A stretch of 64,000 nucleotides of DNA from Phoronis australis (taxonomy: Eukaryota; Animalia; Phoronida). Shown here piece after piece: positions 38,301 through 51,770 of the stretch. Where the stretch lies: the NCBI GenBank assembly GCA_002633005.1, contig NMRA01000002.1:2135756-2199755 (forward strand). Reading direction: 5' to 3'. The first letter of the stretch is position 1. The number at the start of each line of letters is the position of its first letter. Position numbers and translations under genes: made by a program. A model generated the notes under the pieces. That model had not been told where the DNA came from. It did not search any database and worked only from the letters and a program-made list of their open reading frames with translations.

Positions 38301-41300
38301 CTTAAACAACTGTAACGGGCAAAGTGAATGTTAGTTGACTCCCAGATTTTGACGATAGTCTCCATACAGCTAGATGGCTGGCTACACACAGTGGTACCTA
38401 GCTGTATTTTGACGATAGCTAACTGGCTGGCTACCATGCTGATAAATCAATCCTTAGCTTTAAACAGGGTTGGAAGTCCGTGCATTGAAAGTGCAGAATT
38501 AGGTGATATATGTCGCACCCTGATTGCATTTCGAATATTAACCTGAGCACCTCTAAATGGCGATTGCGTGAACGCTTTTATCAGCAAATGATGAATGCAT
38601 CCAATGTAACGGCACGGAAGTCAATCCTTTCAAAAGAACGTATTCACTCCAAGGTTCGACTTGATACTATTGGCTTGTCACTCTGTCATTTGCATCCTTG
38701 TGGAATCGTGACTAAAGCATCCTCTTACTTGAATGGCTGGCATTCGGGTCACTGTATAACGTCATTAGGTCAAAAACTTTGTGAGATCTTCGAGTGAATA
38801 AGCTCTTTCGAAAAGCTCGATTCCGTGCAGTTATATTCGTCGTAGTATTTCTGCAGATAAATGTGTTCAAACGATCGCAATTTCGACGTGTGTTGGTTAA
38901 AGATGCTATGTCTCATCATAGAAAATAGATAACAGGGCCCAGTTGCATAAAAGTTATACGCCGTGTAGCAACAATGACGTCGCGTTATCACCCGTCACGT
39001 TGTTGTCATTGAAGAATGCACGTGCCGTCATTCAACAATCAAACTTATCCAGCGGATGATTTTGAAGCTTTATGCAACTCGGTGCAAATTTGCGACTCCG
39101 ACATTTTCTTGAGTAGTATCCTCGAGGTGGCGCCACTCTCCTAAATTACCAGTTTCAGTTTCCGGTTAGTGACGACACAACAGTTGGCCATAATTAGCAG
39201 ACGACCACAGGCGCTTGGGTTTATCGCAAATGACGTCACAATATATATAAGAAAACATAAAAGTTAGACACTCGAAATCTGTTTAGCCGAGGCTCCCAAC
39301 TTCAACCGTCCAAAATCCAAATAAAATCTGCGTGCACCTCCCTTAGCCTGGTATTGCATAAACATTCGAAGCCTTATCTTTCCTAGATCCCATTAACTGT
39401 CTTCGTGAGTGGTGAGGTGGCGATGGAATTTCCAAAACAATCTCAAAACTCTGAATTCAAGGACCTGAAATAGTAAACATGGCGGATTTCAGTTGTGCTT
39501 CAACTTGTACGCCTGACGTAGGTGAAACTTCGAGTTTGAGCAAGCAACCTATATTTCAAATTCAATAATTCTAATCCAAAACTCAACTAATTGAGAACGT
39601 TAAAGTTAGTATTTTAATGCTTATTTGTAACTTAATTCAACTGACGGCTCATTTTAGCCCTTAACTTAGAACTTTATTACATAAACTGGCGTATCTTGTT
39701 TCTCATCTTGACATCACGCACTTTTTTGATTGAAGCACAACACACACCCGGCCAGGAAACGCAGCCCGTGCAAGTATTACAATGCGCGTGGCCGACGAGT
39801 TAACTCAATGGTTTTGGCCAAAAATAAAACCTTCATAAGAAATCACAGTACACAAAAAACTTCGCATATCAATACAGTATCAGGATAATTTATATTTGAC
39901 ACAAATATGTGAGTAATTACATTTATTTGGCAATAAAGTGCTCTCTGCTTCTCATGATCAAGTAGTCGATGGATTGACGGCGAAAGCCGCGCGAAATTAG
40001 ACTTTCGGATTTAGCTCGGGAGGGTCGGTCAAAACCCGGATGTGCGAAGACCGTCTGCCATGACATCACTGAACCAGGTCCTTGAATTTCTGATTTTGGC
40101 ATTCTTTTGGCATTTTTGTCGCCAAATCACCACTCGAAGGCAATTTGAAGAGATCAAATGAAAGAAGGTATTCTAAGAGTTGTCCGATGCTAGTGTCGTG
40201 GAGTTCCATGCTCATTTGAGTAGAAAATTCTGAGCAAACAGATTTCGAGTGTCCAACCTTTATGTTTAATATATATATATTATTGAGTGACGTCATTTGC
40301 GATAAACCCAAGCGCCTGTGCAGACGACGTATTGCCGGAAGTAAAACTTGCTAATTTTGCCAGGTGTCACTAGAGAATAATGAAGTCAGGGTTTCTGCTA
40401 AGATCACAGATTTGGTCCATTGAAAATATACGGAGTTGGCCGCCTTTGTACTACAGTCTAATGTCTCATTAGAACTGTGAATATAAAGTCTGTAGCATGC
40501 GCCACCTTGTGAAATAGTTTGTAAATAGATTGCGATTTGAAAGAAAGCCCTATAACTAATACACTTAAAAACAGAAGTGAACAAATAAAAATCCAAGTAA
40601 TTCCAAATATTACACAATTGTTATTTGATAGTGAAATGAACAAATAATGAGAACTGCGCCTTGTTTTATAAGGGTAATTATTAACCATTAACACGAAAAT
40701 AGTCTCGCAAAACGAGACTTCCACGTGATTGTAATGGTAACTGGTTCCCGTATGGTTTCCAACACACTGGAGGACCCTGAGCTGTTTGTGAATTAATACC
40801 TCATTTGCATATTCCCAATTTCATGATACTGTTCATCTTTAATATTTGATTTTCAATTCGAGTATGATGCGTATGGCACTTGATTCTACATTTTCACTGT
40901 GCGGACTTCGTCAGTAAACCAACCCATAAGCAGGGTTGGTTTACTGACGAAGTATTGGGTCCCACGTGTGAGAGGTCAATGCCCTGAAAATATCGTAACG
41001 CCTGGGCCCAAGTGTAATTACCATGCTTACCAAAAACATTTTTCCAGTCTCATCTGGTGTACATAGAAAATGTGTGATAAAACGCACAAGAAGCGACCGA
41101 TTATCATTTGCTGATAATGACATAGATTCACAAGCTAACCTGTAGCCTGTTTCATGAAAGTGACTAAAAACCTCGAAAGAAGATTGGTCTTTCGCCCCCA
41201 CTTCGAAATCAATGAAAAAGACTTAGCCAATTAATTATGAGTGCATGTCAGCATAGAAATCATTTTCAGAAGTTGTCTTAGTAACTATGAGTTTCGTGTC

Positions 41301-44017
41301 TATTCTCAGAGACTTTGTACTTATGCCGAAGTAAGTTTCGATTATTTTTCAGAAATAGTAATGTGGAGCGCGAGGCCAAGTCTGTTTGATGAGAAGTTAG
41401 TTAAGACATTTAGGTCTTAAAAGACAGAAAATTTGTCTAATGTTCCCACTTCACTGTTGAAATTACTTGTACAAAATGTCTTAGAAAGAAACAGTTTATT
41501 TTGTTGTTTTCTAAAGTGACTTAGTTTCAAGCTAAAGACCTATTGCCTCTAATCTTGAATTCGTACCGTTAGGAATCGACTGTAGAGTGTGAATGTGCGT
41601 CTTATTGGACTTCAAATACACTTTTCTGTACCTGAATGGCTACCATGTTACCATGTTAACCACAGAATTTGCATATGGTGGTCCACAATCTCAACTGCAA
41701 ATTTTGCTACTGGGGTGTAATTGACTGTCGTTACCTTTCCTTTTCTTCAAGGGAATACACGCTTTCACTTCAGTGACTGTTGGTCAATTCAGCATGTCTC
41801 TGAATACTGTCTCAGAATCCACCAAGATACCCATAACAATAAACCGTGGTTGTTCAAAGGGTCTCAGAGAATTCATTGACTCTCCAAGTTTTTCTAGCCT
41901 CTCCATTACTAAGTTAATTTTGTTCTTGAATCTGCAATTGCATGTAGCTGGCTAAACACGAAAATAGAATTAGACCTTTCGGTCTCAAGTTTACGCACAG
42001 CAGCGCTATTTTGGAAGTCAGCTATTTAAAGCCCGTACGATGCTTTCCGGAGCTGTTCTCCCGTATAGGAGGCGTTGACAGGGACGTCTCAAAAACTCGG
42101 GTGAGTCTTGAGGCCTTTCAGATAGCGTCATTATGGAAATGAACTGTAATTTTTCTGCAACATCGTTTCGAAGGAGTAGGTTGGCTTTGCTTTCACAAAG
42201 GCGGGAGGAGAAATTTAGCATTTATTGACAACGCTAGATTTTTTATCACTTCGAATATACATGTAGTCTCGACAAGTACACGTTTTCCGACTACTCGGAC
42301 ATTGTGTTGGTGTGTATTTTAACGTGCCTCCTCTCTTCAATATTACATAGGTAAAGTTTCCCTTATAGTGATCTAAGGTACGACACTCCCTGCAAGTTGA
42401 AACTGTAAGGATGAGTCTTTCATAAGAAATTGATTAAGTTATAGCAGTTAAACTTGTCTGACGTTGCCGTCTATGTTACGCTGACGGAGCTGCGACAAAG
42501 GCTCGTTATCCCCGCTTTTTTGTGCAGGGTACAAAAATCGTACTACTGACTATCCCTGTGCTAATGTTACTGTTATTACGTGTCGCACCAATATCACCAA
42601 TGCGTTCCATTTTGTTAAGGTGTGGGGTTAAATTAATCTTTTTCGTAACGAATATTGTTTTTATCACACAGGTGCGCCATTCCTGGATATGACGGCGACA
42701 CTTACGACGCCATTAATCAGACGCACGAGCTTTATATTAAAGCCTTCATACCGGACGATGACTTTTGTCACGTGTACACTGGCGTTAACATGACTTCACC
42801 TTCGTGGGACTTGCTAAAGTTGAATGGAACAACATGGGAGAAGCTAAACATTACAATGAAGAAAGCAGAATGCTCAGCTTGGGTTTACGACAGGTCGACT
42901 TTCCAGGAAACTATAATAACACAGGTAGTTTTAAGTACCTTTGATACTTAGGTCTCCCACCATCGATACAACTGATCGTCAGTACCACCTCTGTCATCAC
43001 CAGCATCATTACCACCACCCTGCACCACCATTTTCGTCGTCATCACCTTCACCGCTGTAATGGTTGATGTCATCATAATCGCCACAACCTCCGCCATCTT
43101 TGTCATCACGATCATCAGCATCTCCATTACTATCATTGTCGCCATAACAACCAACACCGTCCACTGCGTATTCGACCGCATCAGCAATCGTTGCATCCCC
43201 AGTCACTTCACAACAGTCATCATTTTGTTGCATGCATTTTGCCGTCACCAACTGCACCGTCAGTACCGACTTCATTGTACAATGGATGTACAAAGCTATT
43301 CTAGATTGTTCCAGGGCCCGGTCTCTAATCTTTGTACTCGAAATGAACTCGAAACTATTTTTGGCAATTTCTCTGCTCCTTTTTTTCAAACTTAAGATAA
43401 TTGGTTATCAGACTGTGCTCGAATAAATTATAGTTTATGCATAGGAGTTTCTAGTTCAAGTTTGCATGCCCTTGAAGACCCTTATATTCGTGCTACAAAC
43501 TCGAGTAAAAACTTGAAATTTCGAGTTCAAACTCAAACTTATTGCTTTAATATTGGGTTTACAAACTGTGAACTAAGGGCAATAAATTATCTACGTAAGT
43601 TATTGTGTACTCGAGCATAGAATAATCGACACTTATCTTGAGTTCGCCCAAAAGTAGAGTAGAAAATGCCAAACCTAATTTCGAGTTCCATATCGAGTAA
43701 AAAGATTGTAGACCGGCCCAGATGTCAACGCCACACAATGGACTTACGGAGTGAACAAGAGTGCAGGTTGCTGTAGCAATATTTTAATTTTATTCTACAA
43801 TTTTATCCGTGAGTAACAGCAACAACAACACCAACACCAGTTCCATTTTACATAATAATAATAACAGGTGCAACAACAATAACAACAAAAACAGCAGCAA
43901 CTTCATCTTATTGAAAACAGGGCTTATGACTCATACTTCTGTTATACATAATAATAACATATACGCTACAATATTGCACAATTTTAGCCTTAACACCACC
44001 ACCACTAACAACAACAA

Positions 44018-44049
<32 letters not shown>

Positions 44050-47000
44050 GCAACAACAACAACAACAACAAATACAAGGTCAGCAACCCACAGTTTGGTT
44101 TTACTTAACAGATAATAGTAACAACACTAACACTTAGGATACAAAATACCCATACAATATATATAAACTGGGAGAGTGGGAGAGTAGGTTGCAATCCTAA
44201 CAATTCTTCACGCAACAACATTCCTTTTATGTGTAAGAAGACACAGGTTTCAGTTTCACTGGATTACGTACAATGCTCTTAAACAAGCCATGTTTGGATC
44301 ACCTTCACTATCTGCTGGTATAAAATTTCTCATCAGATAACTAAGTTCAGGGCACACAATGAAAGAAAGTAAACACGTGATTACATGTAGGCCTATGCCA
44401 GAATTGTAATACAGGCATGTAGTTTCACTTTTGTCCGTATTACAAGTCTGGCTTATCTCAATGCCTCCAACCAGCAGTACTAAGCACATACGAAGCACCA
44501 ACAGCCAAGCTAGGGACTAGGGTAGATTTTGTTGGTGTAATTGAGTTCAATGACCCAAATTCAGATGACAAATTGGCGGTAAATTTGACTTTTATCGCAT
44601 TCAAACAGTTAAAAACGCCGATACTTGACTTCCACTGGGCTACATCATTCTTCACTTTGTATCAGTAGCAAGTCTTTTACCTTTCCGATGAGTGCACTAA
44701 ATGCACAAACGTCCAGAGAGATATCTTCGCACGTCTACTCTGTATGTAGCGCCACCTGTATCGTTACACTTTAGCTTGTTTCATTTTACACGTATACTAG
44801 TTTCGTTATTTGCTTTAATTCTATACCTTCAAATCTGGAACTGTTCATAAGAAGCACATCGATCTATTATTCGTGTTTCAGTTTAATCTTGTGTGCAACG
44901 ATGCTCCTTTAGCAACCTACGCCACGGTAATATTCATGGGAGGTGTATTAGTCGGTGCATTTGGCTTTGGATTTTTGTCTGATGCGTAAGTACGGAGCGA
45001 AGTATGGACACTTTCTCAAATCGTATCAATATGTTGAGAGATAATTGTCGCCATTATTGTTCTTTGGTAACAGTGTAGGCCTACATGTACGGTACATTAA
45101 ATGAAGCCATAAGGAATGTAAGAATGATTGGGAAAACAGACATATCCTATTTCACCACACTCTGTTCCCTGTCGTCGTTTTTTCACCTCACAACCCACAT
45201 GTTTCCCACCCTAGCTGGCACAAAAATTTCAAAATACCCTTTGGCCTTTTCTCAAAATTAGAAATAAATCCCTGGCTCTTTTCCTGTCTTTTAAGTCGCC
45301 TTTTAGCCATGCCAAATCAGCACTAGAAATTCAACCAACAATTCTGTTATACCCTCAAACCACGAGTGTGACTTCACGCTACAAATTTCGGAGGGCACGT
45401 GTCCCCATCCGCAAAATCCTGCTAATGGCTGTACTTTAAAAGAAGCCAGTGAATAGAATGTCAGTTACGAATGGAAACCGTGGACGCATTTCATCATTTC
45501 ATGGACCTTCAAACATGAGTTGTTTCAATTTGCCAGCTCCGCAGCAGTAGCAGCATCACTAATATCATCAGTGACCTCTTAACATGGGGCCTGTTCAAAG
45601 AAATTTTTACTTAGCTAAAACAAATCTTAAGATTCAGCCAATTTTAATATAAAGCTTAAAAATTTGTCTCAAGTCCGTTTCAAGAAGAGGTCTTAAGTTT
45701 AACTTAAGTTTTTGAATTGAGTTTTGTCTCAATTTTTACTAACTTACCGGATGTGGAAGTTTCAAAGTTTGGAAGTTGAAAAAAATCTTGGACTTTATTC
45801 AAACATTTTTAAGTCAATTTCTTGGAAAAAGCCCTGATTTTTATATAGTCTAAAATATGTAGATTTATTTGGTTGACGCTTCGTACTTTATTAGACAATT
45901 GCATAAGAACCTTTGAAGTAAATGTCTCAACATGTTTAGGATTGGCCGCAAGAAGACTCTGCTTATTGCAATCTTCCTTCAAGGAGCTTCTGGCGTAGGT
46001 TGTGCATTTTCGCCAAATTACGTTGCATTTGTCATCCTCCGGTTATTGGTTGGTGCAGCAAACGCTGGAATTTTCACGGCTGCATTCGTTTTGGGTAAGT
46101 TGGACACTCACAAATATTTTAACAACGGGTGTATAGTTAATAACGAGAACACCGGCGACTGTAATTTGAATAGTAAGATAAAAAAATCGGGAAACGTCCT
46201 CAGGACAAGGACATTCTTAATGGGTGACTACTAAAAGGATTAAACAATGAAAACTGGTTTGTGTCTAGCTCAAAACACTAGATGGCGTAGCAGCCTGGTG
46301 TGCGTTCTGTAGACGCACATTACTCCAGAAAATGGCTGAACTCACAAGTCTTCGCTAAATGTTGCCTTGTATGACGAACGAAGCACACGATCACGCTAGC
46401 TTTCTCGTACACTCCTTACGTTAACAGAACTCAGGCCTGCGTAGGTCAGACCAAAAGCTCGACACGATTTTGTAACTACAAGAGAGAAAATTAGTGATAT
46501 TTGTTAGATAAGATAGCATCGCGCGGGACTACATATCAAGGCGAGAGAAAGCTATGTAAAAGTTCCAGCATACATTCTGGGCTTGTTTGCTGACATATAG
46601 ATGTGACAGTGGTCAGGTGTAGTTTAACAGTTTGAAGGAATCTTCGATGAAAACTATTTGCAAGCACATACTTAGCACACGACTAAAGATTATTCTGTAG
46701 AAGTGAAAGTTGGGTTTACAAATTTTAAGGAAAGAATTGTGAAGTACTAGCGAGCCTATCAATTTGTCTGAGGAGCAGTGGTTTTTCTCTTTCAGTGATA
46801 GAGTCTTTCGCTTCATCTGTTCGCGTTAACATAGTTCTAAGTCGGAGCTGCCTGTTTGCCCTTTCCTACCCGATCCTCTCTGGCATGGCTTACGGTTTAC
46901 GCGACTGGAGTAAGATACAGTTCGTGGCATCCGCTTTAGCAGTTGTATACTTTATTGGTATAAGGTAAGAGGATCGACGCATGTGTAGCCCGTTATGAAC

Positions 47001-50000
47001 CGTGGGTTGTCGTACATCAAGTCTTTACCTATCAAAGACCAAATTGAAAAGTGCTTTCATTTCTTCAAGTCATAACTCTCGCGACAAATGCAATTACTGT
47101 CCGCAGTCCTATTTTATAGCATTGTAAATACTAACACTGGAGGTAGAAACTAATTCCTATAATTTCCCGATTTATTTGAAAATACTTTAAATTCACCGTA
47201 TGAACGTGATAGGATTCCATGTCTGTTCCCCATTTCAATTTTCCAAGGTAACGGTTATTTTTGGCCCGCCCCAACACACTCCAAAACGTTTTCTTGAGTC
47301 GCTGATAGTTTCGATGCACCGTTGGTATTGGAGCATCGTTGGTAGTGGAATCTCGAATTTAGTCGTCTAAACAAAGCGAAATGCAACTTTAATTTATTTG
47401 AACTTAAATCTGTTCACAAATACGAAAATGGTGGTCATTAAACGGTGTCGTTTTGGTCGGAAATAAGTATAAGTGTGTTTCTATTGAATTTTAAAGCTTT
47501 ATTCCTGAGTCAGCGCGTTGGCTCCTAGCACAAGGCCGCAAAGACGAAGCCGAGGAGATAATACGCCGCGCAGCCAAGGTAAGCACTTTCCTGAGCAACA
47601 CAGTGACAGTACAAACACAATCAAATCACGTTTTCCAATCATCATCTATTGTATCTGCATGCACAAAAGATGGTTTCACCTATTTAATGGGATACTACGT
47701 GACCAACAAGTGTATCGCGTGCTATTAGGTTTCATGAACCACACGTGTTCAGCAACTTATGATGAGGTTAGCAGCCTGCCTTCAAGTCAATGTTTAAGTC
47801 CGGCCCAGGTACTGGATATTCCATGTTCTCCTTAGATCTTATTGCATTCGGCAGCCATGCTTTTACCATCACGGATATCAAGCATTTTTCACGCAAACTC
47901 AAATTATAGCCTCATGGACTATAACAGAATTGTTTGAATAACGCGATTTTCTAATGGTAGTCCGTGATTACTAATATGTAGCTGTTCAAAGCATATGAGA
48001 TTTTGAACTTTGCCCTATTTCGTTTTTTCCATCATTGGCCTCTAAAGTGATAGTATTAGTATTGCCTTTGAGGCTATCTGCTCGAACTTCTAGTTATGCG
48101 TTTTGTCGCAGGAAAATCGTGTGACACTTCCCGAGAAAATGTTTGACGAAGAGCCAGCTGCAGAGACCAGTCCGTCGATGGGTCTTATAGAAATTATTAA
48201 AGAGCTCGTCCATGCTCCTACATTGCTTATACGCAGTCTTGTTGTCTTTTTCAATTGGTGAGTTTGGACAAGACAACGTTAGTCACGTGGCCAGTTATTT
48301 TGAGAAGCAAGTAAAACAAAAAAGTGAAGCAGAATAACGAAAGAGGACGCACGGAAGCTTCACAGTACTTACTAGCCAAGATGCTTTAAAGCAATTTCTA
48401 AGGCAGTTGTCTTTTGCGCAAGTTTTACAAATTCGAAGTACCAATTTGTTTTCAGGTACGACACTTCTCATTGGAATTAAAATCGTTGCGAAGCCCTAAG
48501 CCACAAAAAGCGTTAATAGGATTCATTAAAAGTTAAATTTCAGTAAATTTTTGACGTTATTTTACAACATCGTGGAATTTCAACGCTAACTTTTCACGAA
48601 TGAGTAGACAAGACATATCCTTTTCGAAATACATCGGGTAAATTTATGATTATATCAAATAAAACAGTCGAAGATCCTCAAATGTTACGCGGCTTTCCCT
48701 GAATCAGCAAAGAACTGACTTGCGGAAATCGATTGTTCAATCGGTTCTCTTCCATAACATGAAAGTTTAAATACGCACACGCCAATTTTGTAAAATCTCT
48801 ATTATTTGACATTTCAGGATGGTGGTTTCCATGGTATACTACGGGTTAGCTCTTAATAGCGGTAACTTGGGAGGAGATGTATTCGTCAATTTCATATTGG
48901 CTGGACTCGTCGAATTCCCAGCTTATGGTTTCTGCTTCGCATGTAAATGGCTGGGAAGAAAATATCCACATGCCGGCAACATGTTCCTAGGTGGTCTTGC
49001 ATGTATCAGCACCATCTTCGTTGTTCTTTACTTCGATTGTGAGTAAAAGTTTCTTTCATTAAGACATGCTTTCACAGTCACTTGGAGTATACAACGTAGT
49101 TGAAGTACGGAAGAGTAACCTAGTTACGGCTACCATAAGTATATTGTACAAGTGACACGACTGTAAAAATTCAGGCATTTTGTTCCTTGATGTACATGGC
49201 AAGAAAAGAAAGCCGTGGTCAACATTGGTTCTTAAATAAATATCGAGTGCATCCTTGAGTCCTTTCATTTCCCTTCTCTTTTCCAACAAGCTTAAAAAAG
49301 TGAGCAACTAAATGCATGTGAATACCACACGACTGACTCGATTTTCATGAGAACCAGACACCACGTTTCATTTAGGCTATTGGTGAAAACTTAATATATC
49401 AATTATTTACAGCAAACAATGACTGGTTGATTGCCCTCTCAATGACCGGGAAATTTGGCGCCACCGTGGGATTTACCATTCTTTACTTCTGGTCTGCCGA
49501 GATCTTCCCTACAATTTGTAGAAGTGGGTTGATGGGACTGAGCTCGACTTTCGCTCGTGTCGGTGGTATGGTATGCGCTCCAATTGCGGACTCGGTGAGT
49601 ACCGGCAAAATTTCGAGAAATTCTTTGGTCTTATACTTGGCAGTCGTTTTGTCAGATGCTCAAAACTCGAACCTTGAAGATCTCGTTGAACGGACTTATA
49701 AATGAACTCAGTGTCTTTATTTGCTAGTCTGAAGATTTTACTCCAAAGCAAATAGGCAGTTTGGTTGAATGACTCTGCGAGACTACACATTTCAATGCAA
49801 GACATTGATTTGGTAACACAAGTGATAAGATCTTTTTCTTTATCTGCCGTTTACCAGATTCCATGTACGAGTAGTTTAAAAGACAAGCTTGCAGGTTGGA
49901 AGTATTGTAACATGGTGGAACGCACACGAGATGAGATATGACGAAGCAAGTAGTCGTCTTAGGCGGTGACATCATGACATGGATACTCGATACTACAATC

Positions 50001-51770
50001 TAGGGTAGTACATCCTTATTAATACTGTGAGACGGAAGTTTTTCGGTAAATGACACCGAAATTGGGTTTCTGTATGAACCCATCTGGTGTAGATGGGTCC
50101 TTTGTATGCGGTTGGAGTCTTTAAGTCCCTTCTCGAACAAGTAATCCTGCAATCAACATTTTCCCAAATAGTCCTTCGTTCCGCCACCGAAATTGTGAAC
50201 GGAGATATTTTGATGTGACTGCTTCGCTATAAACATAGAAACTTACAAACCTGGGGAATATCTCAATTATACGTTTAAATGGCGTATGCGTCTTTCCTCT
50301 TGTGGTTCCTAATATATGATAACCGAAAACTTCCACTATCACAGGGCAAAATTCTCGGAGGACCGATGGGCGTGGCTTTACCGCAGATCGTGTTTGGAGG
50401 ACTCACTATCACCGCCGGACTTTTGTCCCTCATTCTGCCAGAGACAACGGGAAGGGAGTTGCCTGAAAGTATAGAAGACGGCAATAACTTTAGCATGTAA
50501 GTACCTTGCCTTTTATTTGAGTGCCTTTTATAAAGAAGCGCCGGTCGTCAATTATTAGTCTTGGCCCATCGTTGGTTGCTTGAACCAAAAATGAACTACT
50601 TGTATATGAGGAAAGTTGCATGTTCCAAAGAGATGTGCACCGCAAACCGGTGGTCTGTGGTTAGGTTCTAACGCTTTGTGAGAGTTATCGCTTGCAGATC
50701 AGAAACCTGTATCGCACTATCCGATTCTAAGTAAATGATGCATTACAACTATACCGTAGTTTATGGTGTCAATGTCTGTATGAGGCATAACCGAGGTGCA
50801 AATTAAGTGTGTCAAAATGGCAGAAACAATCAAACTGTCTTCGCACTTTACAGCGAACTAAAAATTCCATCTGGAGTAAAGTTTGCTATGTTTTCCTCGT
50901 GTGGCGAGTTTTCCTTTAGTGGTGCGAAAACTCTCCCCTGTTGGAAAGGCTTCCTACAACAGTTGCGCAACTGAATGCAAAATAACACAGTTCGTATGTT
51001 GTGCAATCACTTGACAGATCGTTCGTCTGATCTAGAAAACATATGAACTGTCATCACGCACCCGATTTGCATTTTTACCCATGATAAGGCTGAATTCCAA
51101 GGACTCAATTTGTGTTCTGGCTCTGTTTACCCATGGTAGCCCTGACACATGATTGGCCAAGTATTTTGCATACTATTTTTATGCTACATGTAGTTACTCG
51201 TGCGGCGGTTGATCGAACGCTCTTGAGAACGTTAAAGCGGCTGACCAGCCTTTTCATCAGACGTCTTACTTGCGTTGTAAACGCGGTAAATGACCGTCTG
51301 ACAATAAAAATACGTAAGCTTTGGTACCACCACACACCTGGGTTGAGTTCCGTAGATACAAGAATTTCGTGAGTAAAACTTGCATTAATTCACAACATTC
51401 TAATATCCAGAACATTCTCACACAACCTGGCGATAAGAAAATTGATCGGTCGTCTGATTTTGAGACATACAGGTACCCAGATCAGAGGTTTGGCGGTTCA
51501 GACTTTCGATTTCGTCAGCTCGGACGGCGTATGGGCGCTGTATAACGATTAACTATAAAAACGGCAATCCGACTGTCTCATAGTTGTTCTATTTGTTTGC
51601 TTAAGTATACCATCTTCCGTTTCAGGTCTAACAAGGAGATAGAAAAACGTCCAGATAATGAAACCACTAACTTGTACGTGGTGCCGAGTTACAAGAAACG
51701 TGATGCTGAAGAAATGGCGTACAGTAATCCTGCTTTGGACAAAGCAGTTGAAGCTGAAGACAGGCTGTAG
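32325..51770 (+). CDS. SLC22-family organic cation/carnitine transporter-like, paralog B
   Basis: Coding exons: 32325-32467, 42672-42924, 44882-44985, 45940-46094, 46796-46964 (5a), 47497-47578, 48112-48257, 48818-49038, 49413-49594, 50345-50496, 51626-51770 (TAG). All are GT-AG and phase-compatible, with sizes the same as or close to gene A. Confidence 0.92.
34010..34160 (-). mobile_element. Short tRNA-derived SINE
   Basis: Minus strand: A-box-like TTGCCTGGTTG, B-box GGTTCGAGTCCC, a non-tRNA body and an A-rich tail. No clean cloverleaf. Confidence 0.55.
34527..37390 (+). mobile_element. Decayed LINE ORF2 (APE endonuclease + reverse transcriptase; CR1/L2-group-like) in intron 1 of gene B
   Basis: Endonuclease motifs IQSLNAKF, IQEPWL, FYRPP, ILGGDYN, TLIDNFF, SDHCPIF. 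RT motifs NYRPISII, QYGFR..HST, LDLSKAF, PQGSDLGPLLFLI, YAGDT (degenerate YADD). Many stops and frameshifts. Confidence 0.92.
34710..35102. mobile_element. Harbinger-like MITE nested in the LINE endonuclease
   Basis: CTG|GGCCCGGTCTCCAATCTTT ... AAAGATTAGAGACTGGGCC|CTG, i.e. a 3-bp CTG TSD and roughly 40-bp imperfect TIRs. The LINE endonuclease sequence resumes afterwards (CSTHGGLITY). Confidence 0.85.
37597..37945 (+). mobile_element. tRNA-derived SINE-like element
   Basis: Pol III A-box TGGCGCAGCGG (37602) and B-box GGTTCGAAACC (37630), then about 300 nt of body and an A-rich end. Confidence 0.55.
38936..39083. mobile_element. Short MITE
   Basis: Inverted ends GGCCCAGTTGCATAAAAG / GCTTTATGCAACTCGG, similar to the termini of the 9070-9458 element. 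Confidence 0.5.
39206..40320. mobile_element. Non-autonomous DNA transposon with ~80-bp TIRs and an 8-bp TSD (P-element/hAT-like)
   Basis: TSD CAGACGAC at 39198-39205 and 40321-40328. The TIR CACAGGCGCTTGGGTTTATCGCAAATGACGTCAC is perfect for 34 bp and continues imperfectly to ...ACACTCGAAATCTGTTT. Confidence 0.9.
43315..43718. mobile_element. Harbinger-like MITE, inverted copy of 34710-35102
   Basis: CAG TSD (43312-43314 / 43719-43721). The sequence is the reverse complement of the 34710-35102 element over its whole length, with high identity. Confidence 0.88.
43815..44090. repeat. (AAC)n microsatellite / low-complexity tract
   Basis: Long AAC run at about 44007-44070, plus degenerate flanking units. 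Confidence 0.9.
46796..46964 (+). CDS. SLC22 gene B exon 5a (intact, 169 nt)
   Basis: [57 protein letters not shown]; bounded by TTTCAG and GTAAGA. It is the only exon-5 candidate between exons 4 and 6. Confidence 0.88.

Noticed and set aside
43809-44108. Asn-rich 99-aa ORF
   Set aside because: Translation of the (AAC)n microsatellite.
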